64,000 bases of DNA from Clostridiaceae bacterium (GTDB lineage Bacteria > Bacillota > Clostridia > Saccharofermentanales > DTU023), in assembly GCA_012521015.1 (NCBI GenBank), contig JAAYNE010000036.1:4247-68246 (forward strand), read 5' to 3'. Numbering within the stretch: position 1 is the first letter of the stretch; the number at the start of each line of letters is the position of its first letter. This document shows, piece by piece, positions 1 to 9,667 of this stretch. Both the position numbers and the translations under genes were made by a program. The notes under the pieces are model-generated. The model was not told the origin of the DNA. It searched no databases and worked only from the letters and a program-made list of their open reading frames with translations.

Positions 1-2482
1 GAAAGTGGCGACTGTATTTATTACTATTCCCATAACTGTGCTGTTCTTGGCATCGAAAAATCATGGGATATTTATGGAAAAGAAGAGGGAAGTGATAATA
101 TACAGGGAAGCGGAAGGATTGGCGGGCAGCAGCCGATTACGATTGTTTGAAACAGCAGGAGCCATATTTACAATTGGTGCCTTAGGAGCCTTTTTTACAG
201 GATATTTTATTGGGAAAGGGGATTTAGTAAAGGAGCTTTTGCTCGCTTTATTTGTGTTTTTTCTTGGTACGTTTTTAAGTTTTGTACCGCAAATAGTAAA
301 AAAGCATACTGTTCAGAATACCCTCTTCCTGATAATAGGTATAATTGGTATGACTGCTTTCATAATTGCAGGCATTGATACGGGGGCAGTAACAATATGG
401 GCAGTATATATAGTATTTCTTCTGTATACCGTTGTTCTGAATAGTAATATTCATGCGTTTATCTTTTTAATTGCAACCCTGATAACTCAAGTTGTTCTTG
501 GGATAATTCGCCCGAAGGTGTATGCCATTATCGATGATACTCAGTATCTGAAAAGAATTTTTCTTATTGTACTTTCCTATTATGCCGTGCGATATCTGAC
601 AGCCGAATATGCTTCAAAGATAAAGGGGTATCAAAAATTTTCAAGAGAACAGAGAGTGCTTGAAAATATTTCTTCCAGTTTTATTTCTATTAATAAAGAA
701 AACGCCAAAGAGAAAATCGATGGAATGTTGGAAATGTCGTCTGAAATACTTGGATTTAACTATGCATATTTAATCGAATTTGGCGAGGATTACGAAAATG
801 CAACAATTCTTAATACCTGTGTGAAAAATGTTGATAGTGGATTATTTCCCTTTCATCCTGGAATGCAAGTTAAGACTGCCTCTTTGCCCATGGCTCAACC
901 TCTGATTGATCAGGAGACACCTATCACGTGTGAAGAATTCAAAATAATTGCCACTGACGAAGCCGGAGAGCAAAGAAATTTTTTCCTGTCAAGAGGAATA
1001 AAATCTTTTTTCGCACTGCCGGTAATGCTTGATAAAAAAATAATAGGAATGCTGGTTACTGAACACCCTGACCAGTGTGATGTAAGTTTAAGAGAAAGCC
1101 GATTAAATTTTTTAAAAATCGTTGTAAATATGTTGGGAGACACAAGGAAAAAGACCTTGTACGAAGAAATGCTATATAATTTCGCATATTTTGATGAAGC
1201 TACGAAATTGGCGAACAGGAATATGCTGAAACAAAGGTTGGAGCAAATTATAGATGACAGAAAAGGGTCAGAGAAAATTGCCGTTTTAGGTATTGAGCTT
1301 GAGAACCTCAGGATGATTAAGGATACCTTCGGTCACAATATAGGTGAGCAGATCATGATAGAGTCGGCGAAAAATCTTGATAATTTGCTGGAGCAATGTT
1401 GTGATATCTCACGGACAAGTGAAGGAGAGTTTGTTATTGTTCTGCCTAAGGTAGAAAATACTAAGCAGATAGAGAATTGCGCAAAGAGATTACTTGATTC
1501 TTTTTCTAATCCTATATCAACCGAGACAGGAATAGAAGCATTATTTGTTGTTGTTCATATAGGTATATCCGTATATCCGGACGGTGGAAGAGATACGGAT
1601 ACTCTTTTGAAGAATGCGGATCTGGCATTATACGAAGCAAAAAATACTAATGAGAAGATTGTTTTCTACACAGAACGACTGGAAAGCCATATTGCGGAAA
1701 ACACTATGTTCACAAATCGGCTTTTTAAATCGTTGCAAAATGAAGAATTTTTTCTGGAGTTTCAGCCTCAGATAAGCTGTGACACGAGGCAAACAGTCGG
1801 GATAGAAGCTTTGCTCAGATGGAAGACTGACGGCAATAAAAGGGTATCACCGGACAGATTTATCCCCATACTTGAACAAACAGGATTGATTTACGATGTG
1901 GGGCTCTGGGTGTTGGAACAAGCACTTCAAGAGCATAAAAGGCTTATATCAAAGAGATTTCCACCTCTTCGCGTTTCTGTAAACTTATCGGTTGTACAAT
2001 TCCAAAAAGAATGTTTTATTCCCGATTTTACAAGAATCATAGAGGAAAGCGGAGTAGATCCGAAGTATATTGAGCTGGAGATTACGGAAAGTTTGTTCTC
2101 TAAAGACCCTGAGGATGTACTTAATAAAATATATAAATTAAAAAACTTAGGAGTTAATATTGTCATAGATGATTTCGGCAAAGGTTACTCATCATTAAAT
2201 CGATTGAAGTTGGTACCTTTTGACAGAATAAAAATAGATAAAGAGATTATAGATTATATCGATTTAGATAGAAAAACAGCTCCCATAACGGAAATTATTA
2301 TTCTACTAGGAAAAACTTTTAGAGCAGGTATTACAGCTGAAGGCGTGGAAACTAAAGGACAGGCGGATATTTTGAGAGACATACACTGCGATGAAATACA
2401 AGGATTTTATTATTCAAGGCCTCTGTCGCCACAAGCATTGGAAGAATTCCTTAAAAAGGAAATAATACAGGATCTTGGCTAA
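1..2482 (+). CDS. Membrane sensor c-di-GMP phosphodiesterase, degenerate GGDEF + intact EAL (5'-partial, continues upstream of window)
   Basis: The frame is open to the window edge (track ORF 5..2482). Residues ~25 onward align with residues ~237 onward of the downstream paralog, so about 210 N-terminal codons lie outside the window. The N-terminal part is hydrophobic and multi-TM. The GGDEF position reads SEGEF and GHxxGD reads GHNIGE. EAL signatures are present: GIEALLRW, ELEITES, DDFGKGYSSL, AEGVET, QGFYYSRP. Confidence 0.85.
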   Translation, partial: KVATVFITIPITVLFLASKNHGIFMEKKREVIIYREAEGLAGSSRLRLFETAGAIFTIGALGAFFTGYFIGKGDLVKELLLALFVFFLGTFLSFVPQIVKKHTVQNTLFLIIGIIGMTAFIIAGIDTGAVTIWAVYIVFLLYTVVLNSNIHAFIFLIATLITQVVLGIIRPKVYAIIDDTQYLKRIFLIVLSYYAVRYLTAEYASKIKGYQKFSREQRVLENISSSFISINKENAKEKIDGMLEMSSEILGFNYAYLIEFGEDYENATILNTCVKNVDSGLFPFHPGMQVKTASLPMAQPLIDQETPITCEEFKIIATDEAGEQRNFFLSRGIKSFFALPVMLDKKIIGMLVTEHPDQCDVSLRESRLNFLKIVVNMLGDTRKKTLYEEMLYNFAYFDEATKLANRNMLKQRLEQIIDDRKGSEKIAVLGIELENLRMIKDTFGHNIGEQIMIESAKNLDNLLEQCCDISRTSEGEFVIVLPKVENTKQIENCAKRLLDSFSNPISTETGIEALFVVVHIGISVYPDGGRDTDTLLKNADLALYEAKNTNEKIVFYTERLESHIAENTMFTNRLFKSLQNEEFFLEFQPQISCDTRQTVGIEALLRWKTDGNKRVSPDRFIPILEQTGLIYDVGLWVLEQALQEHKRLISKRFPPLRVSVNLSVVQFQKECFIPDFTRIIEESGVDPKYIELEITESLFSKDPEDVLNKIYKLKNLGVNIVIDDFGKGYSSLNRLKLVPFDRIKIDKEIIDYIDLDRKTAPITEIIILLGKTFRAGITAEGVETKGQADILRDIHCDEIQGFYYSRPLSPQALEEFLKKEIIQDLG

Positions 2483-2780
2483 TTGCTTTTTAAGATTGTT
2501 TCTGTACATATTATCAATAATTTTTGTATTAACTGCTCAGCCCTTAGCCACCCGGAACACATTGGTTGATACAAATTTCTTTATTTGATGACTGTTTTCT
2601 TTTCTTTTATTTTAGAAGTCTTTTTTATGATAGAATGAATAGAGTTTATCAAAAACGTAAGGAATTTTTTCGCTATTATACTTACCATCGCAAATATGAG
2701 AAAAAATACTTGAAAATTGGAAAAACAGAAATAATTTGCGATAGGCAGAGACGAAAGACTTTACCTAGGAGGTTAGGAAC

Positions 2781-5700
2781 GTGAAATACAGCCTCATCTT
2801 GTCAATATTATTTTATATTTGCGGTTGTTTTTATATGATTTTCGGAGCATATATAGTAGCTGCTAATGTAAAAAGTAATGTTAATAAGCTGTTTGTATTT
2901 ATGACAAGTACATTGGCAATTTGGTCATTTGCATTCTCCATTTCAACCTCGGCACCTACAGCGGAAGTAAGTGCATTTTGGGGATGTGTCTCCGTTTTCG
3001 GCTGGGGAGTTTTTTACAGTGTTATGTTGCGCTTTGTGCTGATTCTGACAAAAGCCAAGCGCCGATTAAACAAGTGGGTTAGACTCGCTGTAATCTATGT
3101 GCCCGCTCTTATAAATATCATCCTGTTTGCACCCTTCGGATTTCTTGGAACAAAACAATTCCGATTGGTGCAAAGTGACTTCGGCTGGGTAAACACACTT
3201 CCCATCAATATGGGGAATATTTGGTTTATCGTATACTACTCTGTTTTCACGATAGCAATTCTTACATTGATTATTCGCTGGTTAAAAAGAATTGAGCCTG
3301 ATGACCCTCTGAAGCGGCAGGCAAGATATTTCTTAATATCCTCAATGTTCCCCCTCTTCATGGGAGTGTCAACGGAGACAATACCTGACCTTCTCGGTAT
3401 AGCCTCTCTTCCCAAGTTGACCGTTATTTTTTTGATGGTTCCCGTGATATCACTGTTTTCATTATTGAAAAAAATCAATTTGCTCGTCGAAAAAAGCAGG
3501 GAGAAAACCGTGTTTCGGGAATCCGAAGAATTATTGGAAGAAGAGAGGATACGCTTGTTTCAAACGGTAACAGCTGTATTTACAATTGGTGCCGCAATAA
3601 CCTTTTTAGTTAGATATTTCGGTATAAATAAACCGTTAAAAGATGAACTTTTGCTTGCGGCCGTTTTATTATCAGCCGGAATACTCGTAAGGATTATACC
3701 GCATATTACGAAAAAGCATGCTATTCAGAATGGCTTGTTCCAAACAGTAAGTACGTTAAGCATTTTGTATTTTTTGATGGCAAACTCTGATACAGGAGCA
3801 TTAACGATATGGTCGATATATATATTGTTTCTCCTGTTCACCGTTGTCCTTGACAGTAAAATTCATGCTATTGTCTTTACTATATTGATGGTAGTAATTC
3901 AAATTGTTTTCTGGATAATCTATCCTAAAGTATCTGTCACCATCGACGGAAATGAATATCTATCAAGAGTTGCTATTATTATACTTTCTTACTTCGCCGT
4001 GCGATATCTTACCGCCGAATACGCTTCAAAGGTAAAGGCATACAAGAAGTTTGCAAGAGAGCAGGAAGTACTTGAACAAATTTCTACCAATTTCATCTCG
4101 ATTAATCGAGAAAATTCTAAAGAGAAAGCCGATGAAATGTTCAAGATGTCGGCCGAGGTACTTGGATTTGATAATGCATATTTAATCGGATTCAGCGATG
4201 ATTATAAAGAAGCCAACGTTTTCAGTACATATACGAAAGAATTTGGGGCTGATTCATTTCCTTATTATTCGGGAATGAAAGTTAAGATGGCCGATTTACC
4301 CGTGGCTGAAGTTCTGATTGCTCAGGGCACACCCTTAATATGTGAAGACATCAAAAACACTTTCCACGAAGGATGTGGCGAGGCAAGAAACTTCCTCATC
4401 TCAAGAGGGATAAACTCTTTTTATGCACTGCCTTTAACAATAGAAGAAGAACAGCCAATAGATGCAATGCTAGTCATTGAATACTATGACCGGGGTAAAG
4501 AAAGCCTTAGAGAAAGCCGATTATACTTTTTAAACATAATTGTAAACATGTTAAGAGATGCAAGGCAAAAGACCCTGTACGAAGAAATGTTATATCATTC
4601 CGCTTATTTTGATGAAAACACAAAATTGGCGAACAGGAATATGTTAATAAACAGACTTGAGCAAACCATACATGCCAGAAAAGAATCAGGGATAATAGCA
4701 GTTTTAAATATTGAACTTGAGAACTTGAGAATAATTAAAGACACCTTCGGTCATAGTATAGGGGAGCAGGTCATGGTAAAGTCGGCAACAATCCTTAAAA
4801 ACATGATGGAGGAAAGTTGTGATATAGCCAGGTCAGGTGAAGGAAAGTTTGTTATTGTTCTGCCTAATGAGGAAAATACAGAACAGATAGAGAAGTGTGC
4901 CGAGAGAATACTTGCTTCTTTTTCTGATCCCGTATCAACCGAGACAAAGATAGAAGCACTGTTTGTTGTTATCCGTATCGGCATATCCGTATATCCGGAT
5001 CATGGCAGAGATGCGGATACTCTCATAAAGAATGCAGATCTGGCAGGCTATCAAGCGAAAAATGCCAATAAGGAGATTGTTTTCTATACGGAACAACTGG
5101 AAGACCGTATTTCGGAAAACACCTTGTTCACGAATCGGCTTCTTAAATCGTTACAAAACGACGAATTTTTCCTGGAGTTTCAACCTCAAATTAGCTGTGT
5201 TACGGGTAAAACTGTCGGAATTGAAGCATTGCTAAGATGGACGATTGACAACAATGAAAGAGTAGGGCCGGATAGATTTATCCCAATACTTGAGCAAACG
5301 GGCTTGATATATGATGTTGGACTCTGGGTGCTGGAACAAGCACTGCAAGAGCATAATAGACTTATAGCACAAGGCTTTCCGCCTCTTCGCGTATCTGTAA
5401 ACTTATCGGTTGTACAATTTCAGGGAGAAAAATTTATACCCGATTTTGCAAGAATCATAGAAGAAAGCGGAGTAGATCCGAAGTATATTGAGCTGGAGAT
5501 AACGGAAAGCTTGTTCTCGAAAGATCCGGAAGATGCACTTGATAAAATATACAAATTGAAAGGGCTGGGAGTAAATATAGCCATAGATGATTTCGGCAAA
5601 GGATACTCATCATTAAGTCGCTTGAAAATGGTACCGTTTGACCGAATAAAAATAGATAAAGAGATAATAGATTATATAGATTTAGAAAAGAAACAAGCAC

Positions 5701-5882
5701 CAATAACTGAAATTATCATATTATTAGGCAGAACCTTCAAGGCAGGCATTACGGCTGAAGGTGTGGAAACAAAAGAACAGACGGATTTTCTGAAAAGTAT
5801 AAACTGCGACGAAATACAAGGCTACTATTTTTCAAGGCCCCTGTCGGCTGAGGCACTGGAAGCATTCCTTAAAAAAGAATGA
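2781..5882 (+). CDS. Membrane sensor c-di-GMP phosphodiesterase, polytopic N-terminal half + degenerate GGDEF + intact EAL
   Basis: 1033-aa ORF with a GTG start 7 nt after AGGAGG (2768-2773). The N-terminal half is long and hydrophobic. The GGDEF position reads GEGKF and GHSIGE replaces GHxxGD. EAL signatures are GIEALLRW, ELEITES, DDFGKGYSSL, AEGVET, QGYYFSRP. The C-terminal ~800 aa are clearly paralogous to the upstream gene. Confidence 0.9.
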   Translation: MKYSLILSILFYICGCFYMIFGAYIVAANVKSNVNKLFVFMTSTLAIWSFAFSISTSAPTAEVSAFWGCVSVFGWGVFYSVMLRFVLILTKAKRRLNKWVRLAVIYVPALINIILFAPFGFLGTKQFRLVQSDFGWVNTLPINMGNIWFIVYYSVFTIAILTLIIRWLKRIEPDDPLKRQARYFLISSMFPLFMGVSTETIPDLLGIASLPKLTVIFLMVPVISLFSLLKKINLLVEKSREKTVFRESEELLEEERIRLFQTVTAVFTIGAAITFLVRYFGINKPLKDELLLAAVLLSAGILVRIIPHITKKHAIQNGLFQTVSTLSILYFLMANSDTGALTIWSIYILFLLFTVVLDSKIHAIVFTILMVVIQIVFWIIYPKVSVTIDGNEYLSRVAIIILSYFAVRYLTAEYASKVKAYKKFAREQEVLEQISTNFISINRENSKEKADEMFKMSAEVLGFDNAYLIGFSDDYKEANVFSTYTKEFGADSFPYYSGMKVKMADLPVAEVLIAQGTPLICEDIKNTFHEGCGEARNFLISRGINSFYALPLTIEEEQPIDAMLVIEYYDRGKESLRESRLYFLNIIVNMLRDARQKTLYEEMLYHSAYFDENTKLANRNMLINRLEQTIHARKESGIIAVLNIELENLRIIKDTFGHSIGEQVMVKSATILKNMMEESCDIARSGEGKFVIVLPNEENTEQIEKCAERILASFSDPVSTETKIEALFVVIRIGISVYPDHGRDADTLIKNADLAGYQAKNANKEIVFYTEQLEDRISENTLFTNRLLKSLQNDEFFLEFQPQISCVTGKTVGIEALLRWTIDNNERVGPDRFIPILEQTGLIYDVGLWVLEQALQEHNRLIAQGFPPLRVSVNLSVVQFQGEKFIPDFARIIEESGVDPKYIELEITESLFSKDPEDALDKIYKLKGLGVNIAIDDFGKGYSSLSRLKMVPFDRIKIDKEIIDYIDLEKKQAPITEIIILLGRTFKAGITAEGVETKEQTDFLKSINCDEIQGYYFSRPLSAEALEAFLKKE

Positions 5883-5976
5883 TCCGGACACCTTTCGGCG
5901 ATTGAAATGTTTTTTTCAATTATATTAGAGTAAGTTAAATTATATTTATACTGCACTGCTAACTTAAGGAGATGAT

Positions 5977-6870
5977 TTGTTGCTTAGCGAATATTTATTT
6001 GAACATGCTGTAACAGCGAAACAGTTTTTTAATGTATTAAGAACACATGTAGTACGTTCCAGAACGGCAATTACAGCCGTTTTTCTGGGTCTTTACAATG
6101 TAAATGAATTTGATATAGATGAAATGCCGGAGACAGAGGAAAAAACAACGGATTTCTTGAAACATGAAATCAGAAAGTCTGATTGCGTTTTCAAATTTTA
6201 CCGCCAATTCAGATGGTTTATTATTTTGTCCCAAACCGGTGAAAGAGAGGCGGCTGCATTTCTTCGACGCTTGTATATATCAGTAAAAAATAAAGGCTTT
6301 CCAGGCTTGGAAGGACGTGAATTTTTATTTTCCGCCAGTGTGGCAGAAATAGGTAATGATGATGGCACTTTCGAAGAATTGATTGCAGAAGGCATGTCGA
6401 CTTTGGCAGAAAGTTTAAGTAAAGGGCCTGAGCAGATTGAATTCATTACTACCTTTAAAAAAAGACCCTTAGAAATGATTAGAGTTAGCATTTTGGAGGA
6501 AAATGCTATTTTCCGCAATGTACTTTATCGAACTTTAGAAAATTTAGATTTGGATCATTTTGAGATGGAAATAAAAACATTTCAAGATGGCTATGAATTC
6601 TTGGAGTCTGATTGGCACCTTTCCAGTCATACCCATCTCATAATCATGAATGATATACTCCCTCGTGAAAGTGGATTAGATGTATTACATAAAGTGCGCA
6701 TGTTGCCTAATAATAAAAAGTTTATTGTTTTTATGATGACCAAAGGCAGTTCGGAAGAAGACATGATTTACGTTTATGAAAGCGGTGCAGACAATTATTT
6801 TATTAAACCTTTTAATTTACGTCTACTAGAAGTGGAAATTAAAAGAACCTTTGAGAGGTTATGGTTATGA
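5977..6870 (+). CDS. Degenerate GGDEF-like domain (RxxD I-site retained) fused to a C-terminal receiver (REC) domain; candidate c-di-GMP receptor/regulator
   Basis: TTG start 5-8 nt after AAGGAG. The N-terminal ~165 aa follow GGDEF-domain topology, but the GGDEF position reads YRQFR. An RKSD motif (6172-6183) lies exactly 5 residues upstream of it, which is the I-site spacing. The C-terminal ~125 aa form a REC fold: SILEEN, IIMND, FMMT, FIKPF. Confidence 0.65.
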   Translation: MLLSEYLFEHAVTAKQFFNVLRTHVVRSRTAITAVFLGLYNVNEFDIDEMPETEEKTTDFLKHEIRKSDCVFKFYRQFRWFIILSQTGEREAAAFLRRLYISVKNKGFPGLEGREFLFSASVAEIGNDDGTFEELIAEGMSTLAESLSKGPEQIEFITTFKKRPLEMIRVSILEENAIFRNVLYRTLENLDLDHFEMEIKTFQDGYEFLESDWHLSSHTHLIIMNDILPRESGLDVLHKVRMLPNNKKFIVFMMTKGSSEEDMIYVYESGADNYFIKPFNLRLLEVEIKRTFERLWL

Positions 6871-7907
6871 TACAGGTATCCATTGATTTTTTAATAAAAG
6901 GGATTGGAGTTCTGTTTCTCATACTTACGCTTTTAAGCATTTATATGGTAGTGAATGGCGTTAAAGAAAACACCGCTTCTAGGAAAATAAAGCTATATAT
7001 ACAAAGTAAGCAAGATCTATGGTACCGATATTTCAAAAATGAAATTCCACTACCCTCGGAGCTTATACCCCATGACAATATTGAAATTCAAGCTGTAGAG
7101 GAAATTTTTCTTGCCTACGTACAAAATATATCTAATCCGATTGTTAAGGAAAAAATCCGGAAGTTTTCCAATCAATATTTAAGGCAGTATTATTTAAACC
7201 TTCTTTTGGGCAGGAGATGGAGTTTAAGAGTAAATGCTCTCTACAGGATTATTAGTTTTGGAATAGATTCCTTAGCCGATGAATGTAAGAAATTAGAAAA
7301 AAGACCCAAATTGTCCCCGGAGGAGCATTTTCAGTTGCTAATTATTCGTTCTATCTTCGATGAAGCAAATTTTTTAGAGGGATTTGCCAATTTGTCAATG
7401 AAACTCTCCGAATATGAATACAAAAAATTAATAATAGGTTTTAACTCGGAAATTCTTAAAAAACTGACTTCACAAGTGAGTGATTTTCCTTTAGAGTACC
7501 AATATTATTTTATTGATGTTTTAGGAATTAGCCGAAATTTTGACTTTTTGCCATTTTTGGAGAATAACCTTAGTCATGAAAACTCGGAAATTCGTATTCG
7601 CTCCTTAAAAGCCATTAATGAAATAGGCATCGTTGCTGACTTGGATAAGTATATGGTTTTCTTAAATTCCCCTATATGGGAAGAGCGTCTAATGTTGGCT
7701 AAGATTTTAGGAGCTTTTCCTTTAGAGCAGGTATTTTCGTATTTAGCACAATTGTTACAAGATGAAAATTGGTGGGTGCGTTTCCATGCCGCCCGAAGTA
7801 TTGGCAATAGTAAGTCTGGTAAGTCCTGGTTGGAGACATTCATTGCAACGGCTCAAGATCCGTATGCCATTGAGATGGCTCGCGAAGTATTGGGAAGAGA
7901 GTATTGA
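6861..7907 (+). CDS. Membrane-anchored HEAT-repeat protein
   Basis: Overlaps the preceding gene by 10 nt. It has one N-terminal hydrophobic helix (GIGVLFLILTLLSIYMVV). The C-terminal part has HEAT/PBS-lyase-type repeats (ENSEIRIRSLKAINEIG, DENWWVRFHAARSIGN). Confidence 0.75.
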   Translation: MVMIQVSIDFLIKGIGVLFLILTLLSIYMVVNGVKENTASRKIKLYIQSKQDLWYRYFKNEIPLPSELIPHDNIEIQAVEEIFLAYVQNISNPIVKEKIRKFSNQYLRQYYLNLLLGRRWSLRVNALYRIISFGIDSLADECKKLEKRPKLSPEEHFQLLIIRSIFDEANFLEGFANLSMKLSEYEYKKLIIGFNSEILKKLTSQVSDFPLEYQYYFIDVLGISRNFDFLPFLENNLSHENSEIRIRSLKAINEIGIVADLDKYMVFLNSPIWEERLMLAKILGAFPLEQVFSYLAQLLQDENWWVRFHAARSIGNSKSGKSWLETFIATAQDPYAIEMAREVLGREY

Positions 7908-7910
7908 TCA

Positions 7911-9356
7911 ATGAGTACGATAGCTGATATTTTGATGAAGTTCTTTGGTGGCTTTATTCTGCTATATATGGGTGCCATTATTTTGACCTATACCGGTATG
8001 TTAATATTTGCATTTATCGAATTGCGTAAGCAATATAAATTAGACAAGACTGTTTTAGATGAAGATTATATAGATAGTTTTTATTCCAAACCACTTTCGA
8101 TCATAATACCTGCATATAATGAAGAAGTTGGTGTTGTTGACAGCGTTCAATCTGTATTAAATTTAAAGTATCCTCAAACTGAGCTCATTATCGTCAATGA
8201 TGGTTCTACAGATAAGACTCAGCAAGTTGTAATAGAGCAATTTAAGATGAAAAAGATTCCTAAGGTAGTCAAAGAACAAATCAAATCTAAACCGATTATC
8301 CAAGTTTATCAATCGGAAATTCATCACAATTTATTTTTAATAGAAAAAGAGAATGGCGGGAAAGCCGATGCCTTAAATGCGGGCATTAACCTCGCCAAAT
8401 ATCCGTATTTTTGTTCTATTGACGGAGACTCTATATTAGACGAAAAATCCCTATTACGAGTCATGAAACCAATTGTTATGTCGAACGAAGAGGTCATTGC
8501 TGCCGGGGGCAATGTTCGTATTGCTAACGGTCTTGATGTCCACATGGGATCGGTTTATCCAAAAAGAAGCTTGCCGAATCGTCCTTTGGTTCTAATGCAA
8601 ATCATAGAATATACGAGAGCCTTCATGATGGGGAGAATCTCCTTATCTAAACATAATTTAATACTCATTATTTCAGGAGCCTTTAGTGTATTTGCTAAAA
8701 AGTGGGTTGTTAAAGTAGGAGGATATTCTGTCCAAACGATTGGTGAAGATATGGAACTGGTCGTTAAATTACATCGATATCTTTACGAAAATAAAATAAA
8801 GAAAAGAATTGAGTTTGTTCCTGATCCCGTATGTTGGACAGAAGCCCCGGAAAGCCTTGGTGTATTAAGAAAACAGCGCAGAAGGTGGCATCAAGGGTTA
8901 ATTGAAAGTCTGACAAAACATAAAAGAATGACTTTAAACCCAAGATACGGTAAAATCGGCATGATTTCTTTTCCTTATTTTTGGATGGTCGAATGTTTCG
9001 GACCACTTATTGAGCTGGGTGGTCATATATACATTATTATAGCTTTCTTTTTAGGCAAGGTTTATTTCGAATTTGCTATATTGCTAACTTTGTTATTAGT
9101 CTTGTATGGTTCTATTCTTTCTACTTTTTCTGTCTTAATGGAGACTTGGAGTATGAATGTTTATTCGGCAACAAAGAATTTTTTCAAATTAATTCTTATG
9201 TCTTTAACGGAAGCTTTCTGGTATAGACCTCTAACTTTGATTTGGAGATGTGAAGCGTTTATACAAGTTCTTTTAGGCCGGAAAAGTTGGGGTCACATGA
9301 AAAGGGTGGGGCTTTCAAAGAAAACTCGCCGTAAGAGGAGCAATTTTCCTAAATGA
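7911..9356 (+). CDS. Family-2 glycosyltransferase, processive membrane polysaccharide synthase (PgaC/IcaA/YdaM-like)
   Basis: Starts 3 nt after the previous stop. Motifs seen: IIPAYNEE, SIDGDS (DxD), GEDMEL and QRRRWHQG (QxxRW). TM helices flank the catalytic domain on both the N- and C-terminal sides. Confidence 0.9.
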   Translation: MSTIADILMKFFGGFILLYMGAIILTYTGMLIFAFIELRKQYKLDKTVLDEDYIDSFYSKPLSIIIPAYNEEVGVVDSVQSVLNLKYPQTELIIVNDGSTDKTQQVVIEQFKMKKIPKVVKEQIKSKPIIQVYQSEIHHNLFLIEKENGGKADALNAGINLAKYPYFCSIDGDSILDEKSLLRVMKPIVMSNEEVIAAGGNVRIANGLDVHMGSVYPKRSLPNRPLVLMQIIEYTRAFMMGRISLSKHNLILIISGAFSVFAKKWVVKVGGYSVQTIGEDMELVVKLHRYLYENKIKKRIEFVPDPVCWTEAPESLGVLRKQRRRWHQGLIESLTKHKRMTLNPRYGKIGMISFPYFWMVECFGPLIELGGHIYIIIAFFLGKVYFEFAILLTLLLVLYGSILSTFSVLMETWSMNVYSATKNFFKLILMSLTEAFWYRPLTLIWRCEAFIQVLLGRKSWGHMKRVGLSKKTRRKRSNFPK

Positions 9357-9433
9357 AACGTAATTTAATGGGCTTAAGCCTTTTAACATTTATAATTTTA
9401 CCTATTATCTGGCAATTATTGCCTGACAAGTAA
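9353..9433 (+). pseudogene. 26-codon ORF, translationally coupled to the GT2 gene; probable remnant of a deleted paralog of the downstream gene (or a micro-membrane protein)
   Basis: Its ATG overlaps the GT2 stop (ATGA at 9353-9356). It encodes MKRNLMGLSLLTFIILPIIWQLLPDK, then a stop. This resembles the signal anchor MKRFIFLIIIFVLIIVIPFILWQLEPDK encoded just upstream of the 9668 ORF. The two also share nucleotide strings (TGGCAATTA..GCCTGA). Confidence 0.35.
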
Positions 9434-9667
9434 TCTCATTGGTAATAATCGGCAAGCTTATTTATGAGGGCATTTGGAGTTTTATCAAATTCTTGCGAAG
9501 AAAAACGACTGGAGCCAATGGGAGAGAGTGTGTTATCTGAAGGAAAGACAACATGAAAAAGGTTTATATTCTTAATAATAATATTTGTACTAATAATAGT
9601 TATTCCCTTTATTCTTTGGCAATTAGAGCCTGATAAAGAGTGTCGTATAGCAATAATTGATAAAACT

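Noticed and set aside
2483-2780. c-di-GMP riboswitch upstream of the second PDE gene (and of the EPS operon at 5883-5976)
   Set aside because: I looked for GEMM-I/II-like conserved strings (GCAAA..GGCAAACC..ACGCAAAGC type) and did not see them. Only an extended -10-like TGATAGAAT is apparent.
2566-2784. 72-aa ORF between the two GGDEF-EAL genes
   Set aside because: It lies in an AT-rich intergenic or promoter region and has no RBS. Its composition is low-complexity, basic and aromatic. It ends overlapping the well-supported GTG start/RBS of the next gene. It is probably spurious.
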